From Tubiluchus corallicola (Eukaryota > Animalia > Priapulida), in assembly GCA_030141605.1 (NCBI GenBank), contig JAQGDQ010002164.1, forward strand, positions 1 to 12,279: a stretch of 12,279 bases of DNA. Reading direction: 5' to 3'. The notes beneath the pieces are model-generated. The model was given only the letters and a program-made list of their open reading frames with translations. It was not told where the DNA came from and did not search any database. Positions 1-8,272 of this stretch are shown here, piece by piece. How positions within the stretch are numbered: the first letter of the stretch is position 1; every line of letters begins with the position of its first letter. Both the position numbers and the translations under genes were made by a program.

Positions 1-288
1 GAGAAACATCAATAAACGTCAATATATCTTGTAATTGTATATTTTAATGATTAAGTAACATTGTTGCAAAAGGGCAACTGGGAATTGCTATGCCCTTATA
101 ATAGACAGGGGTAGTGGACAATGGGTAGCGGACATTTGAGCTGTGGATAATTGCGCATACTTTAAGGAATTTTACTTTCCTACTTCCTCTATTTTACTAT
201 TCTCTTTAGAAGCTTACCGACAGTTTAACAATAATGGCTGCTCGAGATTAACCTAGAAAAAGGCATGTATGATAATTTCTGCTTAAAA

Positions 289-652
289 GACTGGCGCCTG
301 GTTGTCAGGATTTATGCCAGGCATCCTTGAATGCTATAGAGCAAACACATTTAGATAATTTCTGGTGGACAGACTACTAGAGTGACCAGGCTCCTGTTAG
401 ATAGGATTAAAGGTAATCTTAGGATTAAATGCAATTATCTTACAGATAATAGGTTTTAAAAGGGGATTAAGTTTTTGTTGTCAATATCGCTTAGGTAGAT
501 TTGCAAACTGAGCTGCACTTAAAAATTAGCGTATTCATCCAAGCAAAAAGTCTTTATCAGTAAACAAAGCTTTGAAATCTTTTTTTTCTCTTGAATGCAA
601 GCTCGCACTAATGGCAAGTCAAAGGTAGGGAAGATGAGAGGTTATCATTGCT
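289..652 (+). repeat. Copy A of a diverged non-coding direct repeat (partner 11470-11835); candidate cis-regulatory module
   Basis: Colinear shared blocks with copy B: GACTGGCG, AGGATTTATGCCA, CATTTAG.TAATTTCT, AATTATCTT.CAG, TTTTGTTGT, TGAGCTG, TTTATC.GTAAACAAAG, CTTTGAAATCTT, AAGTCAAAG, TATCATTGCT. No shared ORF found. Confidence 0.85.
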
Positions 653-1647
653 GTTATCTAGTACAAAACATATGGCACGAATGCAACAAATAGTTTACCA
701 CTACTTAAATAAGTCACTGGCTATGAAATAATAATAATAAGTACATTTTAAGCAGAAAATTTTATGTAGATATTAATAATAATTAAGGCGACTCAAACAG
801 TTCTGAGAAGCTAAACAAGAAAATTTTTTTTTTCATTTTCATAATTCCAACTTTCCACTTAATTTGAATAACAGTTTTTTTTTTGACAACTCACCATTAT
901 CTCAGAATTTGTGCCCTATTTTTGCCATTAATTTCAAAGAAAGATTAGTACTGACTCATAATCATAATGAAACAAACTATATTTTCTTTGTTGGCAAATC
1001 ATTGTAAAAAAGACTCAGTTAAAGTAAAAATTAGACTATTGGTAGCTGCATATGATGATCCGCGAATTCGTATGAGTCAACGTGCGTGAATAGTCAAGAA
1101 GGCATTTAAACTACGTTTTGAGCCACAAAACCAACATTTGTTAGACACATAGAACAGAACTAAACATTTCAGGTACAAGCTGATATAAAGTTATAAAGCT
1201 GCAGGCTCTCTTCTGCCCCGGGCTGGGGTAGCGGCTGCTTTTGTTAAGCATTTGGATGCACAGTAAACATGTCTACTGAAATTGTGTTTTTTATTTAGGC
1301 TTCAATAAAATTACTTCTCAGTGCGTCGGTTCATTATTTATACATGATCAGTTTACACATCACTGAAGTAAGCAATAATGTGCGTTTAAGCAACATATGC
1401 AAAAATTTCATAAATATTGTAAAGGAAATTAATGTAGAAAAACTATTTGCGATAACTAATACCCTAAAAAATAATCTATCTATTTTTTTCCTTTTTGCTA
1501 AAACATTAACTTAATTTAAAAACAGGTAAAATTAATAAAAAATGTGCAAATTGGATCGTTTTTCATAACCTTGCGTGAGCCATTTATTTAAAAGATCAAT
1601 GAAATAAACAATGTTTTAAAGTGTTTTTGTTATAATTTTTCAGGAAA

Positions 1648-3310
1648 ACTGTACTATTGGTGAACTGTGCCACTACCTAACTGTATTAGTGGTGAACCGT
1701 ACCACTACCTAACTGTACTAGTGGTGAACTGTGCCACTACCTAACTGTATTAGTGGTAAACCGTACCACTACCTAACTATACTAGTCATTAGCCGTATCA
1801 CAGCCTAACTGTACTCGTGGTGAACTGTGCCACTACCTAACTGTACTAGTGGTGAACTGTGCCACTACCTAACTGTATTAGTGGTAAACCGTACCACTAC
1901 CTAACTATACTAGTCGTTAGCCGTATCACAGCCTAACTGTACTCGTGGTGAACTGTGCCACTACCTAACTGTGTTAGTGGTGAACCGTACCTCTACCTAA
2001 TTGTACTAGTGGTTAGCCGTATCACAGTCTAACTGTATTAGTGGCAAACCGTACCACTACCTAACTGTACCAGTGGTGAACCTTACCACTACCTAACTGT
2101 ACTAGTGGTGAACCGTACCACTACCGAACTATACTAGTGGGGGACCGAACCACAACCAAACTATACTAGTGGTGAACTGTACCACTACCTAACTGTACTA
2201 GTGGTGAACTGTACCACTACCTAACTGTACTAGTGGTGAACCGTACCACTACCTAACTATGCTAGTGGTGAACTGTACCACTACCTAAGTGTATTAGTGG
2301 AGGACCGTACCACTACCTAACAGTACTAGTGGTTAACCGTACCACAGCCTAACTGTCCTAGTGGTGAACCATACTACTGCCTAGCTGTACTAGTGGTTAA
2401 CCTTACCGCTACCTAACTGTGCTAGTGACAAATCGTGCTACTGTCAAACTGTACTAGTAACTAGTGGCAAACCGTAACACTACCTAACTGTACTAGGGGC
2501 AGTTCGTACTACTACCTAACAGTTCTAGTAGTGAACTGCACCACTACCTCACTGTACTAGTGGTTGAACCGTACCACTACCTAACTGTACTAGTGGTGAA
2601 CCATACCACTACCGAACTATACTAGTGGGGAACCGTACCACTACCTGACTGTACTAGTGGTGAACCGTACCACTACCTAACTATACTAGTGGTGAACTGT
2701 ACCACTACCTAACTGTACTAGTGGTGAACTGTACCACTACCTAACTGTACTAGTGGTGAACCATACCACTACCGAACTATACTAGTGGGGAACCGTACCA
2801 CTACCTGACTGTACTAGTGGTGAACCGTACCACTACCTAACTATACTAGTGGTGAACTGTACCACTACCTAACTGTACTAGTGGTGAACTGTACCACTAC
2901 CTAACTGTACTAGTGGTGAACCATACCACTACCGAACTATACTAGTGGGGAACCGTACCACTACCTGACTGTACTAGTGGTGAACCGTACCACTACCTAA
3001 CTATACTAGTGGTGAACTGTACCACTACCTAACTGTACTAGTGGTGAACTGTACCACTACCTAACTGTATTAGTGGTGAACCGTACCACAGCCTAACTTT
3101 ACTAGTTGTGAACCTTACTACTGCCTAACTGAACTAGTGGTGAACTGTACCACTACCTAACTGTACGAGTGGTGAACCGTACCAATACCCAAGTGTACTA
3201 ATGTTGAACCGCACCAAGCTGTACTAGTGGCAAACCATGCTACTGGCGAACGGTACTAGCGGTGAACCGTACCACTATCTAACTGTGCTAGGGGCGAATT
3301 GTACTACTAG
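1648..3310. repeat. 32-bp tandem minisatellite, about 52 copies, consensus ACTGTACTAGTGGTGAACCGTACCACTACCTA
   Basis: Directly visible head-to-tail units with no spacers. Each unit has an internal inverted repeat TAGTGGT/ACCACTA. Units degenerate around 2340-2570 and after ~3090. Confidence 0.98.
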
Positions 3311-3378
3311 TTTAGATTATCTACTTAACTTTGCTCTAAAATTAACATTTTATAATTGTTAATACCGGTTGCTATTAC

Positions 3379-3500
3379 CTGTACACAGGAACTTGAAGTG
3401 GCAGGCTTTTTTTGAAATCCATGCAGATTTTTTTGTTATTGAGGAGTAAGTCTTCACCTTTACTCCTTTCTGACTGGTACATACCATCACCCATCTTCTG
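3379..3500 (-). other. Candidate isolated 122-nt exon (unverified)
   Basis: Minus strand has acceptor TTTTATTTAG| and donor CAG|GTAATA. Two frames are open, e.g. QKMGDGMYQSERSKGEDLLLNNKKICMDFKKSLPLQVPVY. No homology recognised. Confidence 0.2.
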
Positions 3501-3579
3501 CTAAATAAAATTTAATTCTGTTTCAGAAAATTTAACGTTCGCACAAGCATATTACACACGGAGGCTGTTATGGGCAGTT

Positions 3580-4130
3580 TTATGTCAAAGCTCCATAAAT
3601 ATTCACCGTCGTTAAGGAGTAAATGAAAATTCAATGAGCGCCGGAAAATCCCAACTTGTCTGCCATGACTCTATTATTTCTAGCTGTATACACATCATCT
3701 CTGATTTTACGGTGAATAAATTTTAAAATAATTATTATAGATGGCCGGTTTTCCGTCATTAAATGGTACAAGTGTATGGGTGTGCCGTTCTACTAGCACA
3801 CCTGCATGAAAGACAATTTTCTCCACAATATTTGTCGTATCCTCATTCTAAGTGACGGCAATCCAGTGAATACAAGGCAGTCAACTCTCCTCTTGGTCAA
3901 GGTCATCTTGTTTAACCTTTAAATTTCTAGCACGGAAACTGCTTTTTAATTGCTGTATTTTCGACACTCAGTTGTTCACAAACTACATTAAGTTCTGCCA
4001 CAGAATCTATCAAGTCTGTCAAAAATGTCATGGTGATTGGATGGCATTTCGATTATCTTTTTCTTCAAATCAAAAATTGCATGCTGCTGCTAATTGTGAT
4101 TTGAAATGGTCTTTAACATCGACTTAACTT
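3580..4130 (-). pseudogene. Decayed non-LTR retrotransposon ORF1 (coiled coil + L1-ORF1p-like RRM, as in L2/CR1/Crack-type LINEs)
   Basis: Manual minus-strand translation across frameshifts gives FLTDLIDSVAELNVVCEQLSVENTAIKKQ...VKQDDLDQ/RRVDCLVFTGLPSL/NEDTTNIVEKIV...GKP/IIILKFIHRKIRDDVYTAR...LGF. This matches the family pattern DDLEQYSRRxxxxIxGLP...ED...IIVKF...RD. Boundaries are approximate. Confidence 0.7.
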
Positions 4131-5510
4131 CATTTTAACAACCTACGTCTTCTCTACATTCCTCTATCTTCCTCATTTTGTTAAACACAGGGCCCTGCCA
4201 TATTGAAAATATGGAACTTTACAAAAGACACGGTCCTTAACATTTTTGGTTGCCGCCTCCTAAAATAGTTGTACGTACAATTTAGTAATTGGGTTTATTC
4301 GCTTCAAGTCATTACCGATTGATTGATTGAGTCTTAGGCCCTTTAGATATTTTCTTATAGGTTTTGCAAGTTCCTCGTGACGCTTGAATACTAATTGTTC
4401 ATTGATTTCTATTTGTGGCGTTAGTTTTTTATTTAAACTCTGCATTTTTGGGTTCGTGGTTAGTTTCCTGGCTGTTGGTACGTAAGTCAGACCATCCTAA
4501 CCAGCTTTCGTTGATATTTGTTAACTAGAACGTTGTACGTAATGACATCTTTCATGGGTTTTTTCTTTGGTATTTTTATTTTTTTATGTACTTTATCTTT
4601 TCGTGGTGTAAATTTGGTTATTGCTAGTATTGACTCTTTCAGATTAACTTATCATCGATGATTATTATGTTATTAAATGTTGAGTTGTTTGATCATAATA
4701 TGTAAATAAATGCTAGTCATCTATATCATTTCTCAATTTTTAGTTTTTCAGTGATCAGCAATGTTGGGGTCACAGAGAAAACGGTTACTGACATTAGTAT
4801 CACACTTTGCCACAGATAAGGCGAGTGCAAGCTATATGTTTTATTTATGATACACCTGTTTTTATTTATTATTTATTTATAAACATTTATTATTTATGAT
4901 TGACTGACCACATAGATAATTAACAGAAGACAAAGTGACTTATATGTGCATTAAAAATGTAAAATAAGTGACTACGTGTATAATGTAAAATTACAACTAA
5001 ACAAACAGAATACGTGCTTAATACATTAAAAAACACACAAATATGAGCAATTAAATCAAAAGTGCAGGTAAAAGGATGAACACTTAATTAGTGTAGTGGA
5101 AGTATATAATTATGAATATAAGTATTTGCTTGCTATTCAATTTATCATGTCACACTTTTTCAAGTAAAATTTCAAGTTAATTTTTTTCAAAAATTTCTTA
5201 AATTTATTTATATTATTGGCGAGCAAACAAAATAAATTTAATATATAAATTTGAATATAAGATGCTTAGTCATCTTTTTTTCTTCTCAGTGCGTCTCTTT
5301 TACTACCCAGCCTGAATTACAATAAAAAGACTTAATACGTAACTATGTTCTCATACCTTGCCACTTGAACCATGAGAATTACAACAAACTCCGTCGTCAC
5401 GTTGTACCTCACCAGTTCTGAATCTCGCCCATACAGGACAGTTATGCTGGTGTTAATTTCTGGACCGTGGTCACACACAAGGTTTTATGCTTTGATTTTT
5501 TTTTGAAATA

Positions 5511-5668
5511 TTGCATACGTGGTCGTATACATTCTTGGATTGTTTGACTTTTTGTCAGATGATCGTCAGTGGAGTGCCACAAGGAACAATGCTTGTATCA
5601 TTGCTATTCCTGCTGTATGTCAGCGTAATTCCCATACAAGTCTCATGTATTTGCAAAATGTTTGCTGT
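5511..5668 (+). pseudogene. Degenerate reverse transcriptase fragment of a CR1/L2-type LINE
   Basis: SGVPQGTMLVSLLFLLYVSVIP...CKMFA corresponds to the conserved [22 protein letters not shown]...FADD segment. The catalytic DD is lost. Confidence 0.85.
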
Positions 5669-5676
5669 CACACTTA

Positions 5677-5932
5677 GGCCTCCTTCACACCGAGAACAAG
5701 GCAAAAATCGTCGAGAAAAGTTTTTAGCAGTGTTCCTCTTCGAATGTAGAACGCTGTTCTTAAAATACCTTCAGAAGTAAATAAACAATAAAATTTTAAA
5801 GAAAGTCGGAAGATGCAGCATTTCTATTAAGGAGTAAATTTTCTCAGGAAGAGAAGACGCATAGTTTCTAACTGGCGGAAGAATTCCTCAAGAGGAAAGT
5901 CACGCGGCAAATTCGTTTGTGTGAAATGTGCC
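5677..5932. mobile_element. Possible old PIF/Harbinger-like MITE
   Basis: Imperfect terminal inverted repeats GGCCTCCTTCACAC (5677-5690) and GTGTGAAATGTGCC (5919-5932), 10/14 match. TTA on the left only. It starts where RT homology stops. Confidence 0.35.
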
Positions 5933-6253
5933 GTGGAAACTATGCATTGTATCTTTCGTATGAAGCTTAAGATTTGAATACGCTGTACATAACACAAGTA
6001 TCTCCTTCTGTAGGCCTACTTATTTAAACAAGATTTATAGCACAGAATTTCATGCCTTTTTGAAGTAGCCAAATATTGAAACATGACCATTGTATTGATG
6101 ATGAAGATGTCAGTGTTGAACATGATCAAGTTAAGGATTTTATAGCTACTACAGGGCGACGAAAACCGAGGGGTGGCGATAGTGATGATGGGAATAATAG
6201 TGATGAAAACTGAATAAAATGATGACAAAACCAAAAAATAATAAACCTAGCTA

Positions 6254-6484
6254 TCATATGTCTTTGTGCAATTTGCACATAGCATCTATACGCAGAAATA
6301 TTACATCATGTCCATCGAGTTTCTCATCACCAGGCGGTACGATTGTCACTTCCTCGTAAATTCCTGTTTTTTCCATAAAATTCCAAAGGCTGTTCAATCT
6401 TGTCAAGGTCCATTCTATGTCTCGGTCAATCTCATTCGATGACAAGTCCCAGAAGAGGCACACGCATGAGAAAGCCACCAGCAA
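6254..6484 (-). CDS. Hypothetical 76-aa ORF or exon with a hydrophobic N-terminus
   Basis: ORF track (TTG start). Protein-like composition and a possible acceptor TTTTAAAG| at ~6493. No recognisable family. Confidence 0.25.
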   Translation of the reverse strand: MLVAFSCVCLFWDLSSNEIDRDIEWTLTRLNSLWNFMEKTGIYEEVTIVPPGDEKLDGHDVIFLRIDAMCKLHKDI

Positions 6485-6510
6485 AATTAAACCTTTAAAA
6501 CATTTAGAAT

Positions 6511-6745
6511 CTTATCTTATCTTATCTTATCTTATCTTATCTTATCTTATCTTATCTTATCTTATCTTATCTTATCTTATCTTATCTTATCTTATCTTAT
6601 CTTATCTTATCTTATCTTATCTTATCTTATCTTATCTTATCTTATCTTATCTTATCTTACCTTACCTTACCTTACCTTACCTTACCTTACCTTACCGTAC
6701 CTTACCTTACCTTACCTTACCTTACCTTACCTTACCTTACCTTAC
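6511..6745. repeat. Compound pentanucleotide microsatellite (CTTAT)29 + (CTTAC)18
   Basis: CTTAT at 6511-6655 and CTTAC at 6656-6745, with one CGTAC variant at 6696-6700. Confidence 0.99.
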
Positions 6746-6970
6746 CACATTTTGTTTTTTTTTAGAAAATCATCGCAGACTCTTTACAACCTGCATTTAA
6801 ATGTTCTATATGTCAGTATAAAAGTACAGATAAGGCAGCCATAAGAAGACATTTTGCAGTGTGTCATCTGCACCGCAGTACTCCAGCAAGATGGCCGCAG
6901 ATCCAATGATCGAAAAAATTTAAGAACGGCAAACATCAAGGTAAATGAAAGGTGTGATGACAATATTAAG

Positions 6971-7544
6971 ATGGAAAGACTTGAGCTGATGAAACGAGAA
7001 TTTAATCGTTTGGAAAAAGAAAAACAAGAAAAGAAGAGGAAGAGGATGGGAGAAGAGGAAAGGCTGAAATTTAGAGGAAGTTTGATTGAGGAGGGACAGA
7101 GATGGAGAGAAAGCGTAATGATGGAGAAAAGGTTAATGGCAGAAGAAAGAGAAAAAGAAATACCTGGACAAGGAAAAAGCAAAGATGAAGCAAGAACAGG
7201 ACAAACTAAGGCAGAAAGGGATAGAATTGCAGCAACTAATGGGAAAATGGCAAGAAGAAAAGAGGAGCAAAGTAAATGGGCAGCTGGAAAGACAGAAGAA
7301 GGATCTGCAGAGTTTTTGGAGGAAAAGAGAAAGCCGTCTTAGCAAGGAAAGAGAAGAGGAAAAGAAAGAGAAGGAAAGGCTATTGAAGAAGGTGCAGAAG
7401 CTAGAGGAGATTGCAGAAAGTCAAGAGTTGGAAATAGGGGATTTACAGAGGAAGGTGCTGAAGGAAAGAGAAGAAATACGAAGGTACAAGAAAAGGTTAG
7501 AGGAAGCAGTGAAAATAGACACGAAAAAAACAGCAGTATTTTAG
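6971..7544 (+). pseudogene. Frameshifted E/K/R-rich coiled-coil protein (~190 aa), probable accessory ORF of an LTR retrotransposon
   Basis: ORF 6854-7342 (from ATG 6971) and ORF 7185-7544 join with a +1 shift near the A-rich run at 7151-7160: MERLELMKREFNRLEKEK...EEREK/YLDKEKAKMKQEQDKLRQK...KKTAVF*. It ends ~230 bp before a polypurine tract. Confidence 0.55.
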
Positions 7545-7775
7545 TTTTATGTAGCATTTTAGTTTGGACCAAGATGGTTGAACCAGATTTATTTATATAT
7601 ATATATAATTTCAAGAAATCTTCAAAAAAATGTTAACTTTTTGCTCTGCATTTGTTAATGTGATAAATACCATAAACTATATACAGAATAACAGCAGAGT
7701 TAAAACTGACTATCCCAATAATTTACACTGATCAGAACAATGAGTAAACATCATCTGAGGACAGATGATATGTTT

Positions 7776-7788
7776 AAGAAGGGGGGAA
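7776..7788 (+). other. Polypurine tract (plus-strand primer) of an LTR retrotransposon
   Basis: AAGAAGGGGGGAA followed 2 nt later by TG. Once the hAT is removed, this TG runs into the LTR-like sequence. Confidence 0.65.
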
Positions 7789-7795
7789 TCTGGCA

Positions 7796-8182
7796 CAGGG
7801 CCGCAGTCGGCTTTTGAAAAGTGGTCCGGCCACAGATACGGAACAGGTAGAAAAAGAATACAGCAGCAACATATAGAAGAGTATATTATAATACAGAGTT
7901 ATAATATAATAGAGCACTACACATACTAAATGATGACATGATTGATTAAAACTTCCCAAACACACATCTGCGCCGCTCATTTCTAGCAGTAAACTCGTTC
8001 GCAATTTCCTTCAGGTCGAGAGCGTCTGTTTTATCCATATGTACATGCAAAGTCATGAGATTGTTCAGTCTAGTTTGAGTCATCGTACTCCGCAAATAAG
8101 TTTTTACTCTACGCAGGGCTGAGAATGTCTAGGCACGTATGGCAGAATGGCCGGACCGGCCGGACCGCCGACTACGGCCTTG
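7796..8182 (-). mobile_element. Non-autonomous, internally deleted hAT DNA transposon (387 bp) with 5-bp TSD
   Basis: 16-bp TIRs CAGGGCCGCAGTCGGC (7796-7811) and GCCGACTACGGCCTTG (8167-8182), 14/16 match. Flanked by TGGCA at 7791-7795 and 8183-8187. Subterminal GGTCCGGCC motifs. Contains a transposase C-terminus. Confidence 0.92.
7946..8128 (-). pseudogene. hAT transposase C-terminal dimerisation-domain fragment (60 aa + stop)
   Basis: TFSALRRVKTYLRSTMTQTRLNNLMTLHVHMDKTDALDLKEIANEFTARNERRRCVFGKF* matches the (ER)SFSxLRRxKTYLRSTMxQxRLxxL motif of ZMYM1/THAP12-like hAT transposases. It is preceded by an in-frame TAG and is missed by the ORF track. Confidence 0.93.
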
Positions 8183-8272
8183 TGGCATCGGTATGTGGTG
8201 CCTATAACAAAAACATTAAATTAAACTAATTGATGACAATAATTACACTACGCTTTACCGGCGATGTAAACA

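Noticed and set aside
1052-1183. C/D box snoRNA (ATGATGA ... CTGA)
   Set aside because: There is no convincing terminal stem or recognisable guide, and the motifs are expected by chance.
1214-1232. GC-rich hairpin CTGCCCC-GGGCT-GGGGTAG as a Helitron 3' end or terminator
   Set aside because: No CTRR at the expected distance on either strand and no supporting context.
1648-3310. CRISPR array (32-bp palindromic repeats)
   Set aside because: Units are head-to-tail with no unique spacers, there are no cas genes, and the context is eukaryotic.
1633-3310. Repeat-encoded exon after the acceptor-like TTTTTCAG at 1636-1643
   Set aside because: The 32-bp period cycles through all frames and each unit has TAG/TGA/TAA, so there is no open frame on either strand.
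4260-4520. 61-aa minus ORF and a nearby INESWL resembling the LINE endonuclease TESWL motif
   Set aside because: It is a single short motif with no other APE motifs, and it lies upstream of ORF1 rather than downstream.
1314-5295. Identical 14-mer CTTCTCAGTGCGTC at 1314 and 5282
   Set aside because: It does not extend, and one such match is plausible by chance in 12 kb.
6417-6800. 127-aa ORF with SYLIL/PYLTL repeats
   Set aside because: It is simply the translation of the pentanucleotide microsatellite.
6784-7614. Minus-strand ORFs 6784-7182, 7133-7345 and 7339-7614
   Set aside because: These F/L/S-rich ORFs are antisense shadows of the purine-rich coiled-coil region.
7774-8004. 76-aa minus-strand ORF
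   Set aside because: It is out of frame with the real transposase remnant and runs through the TIR into flanking DNA.
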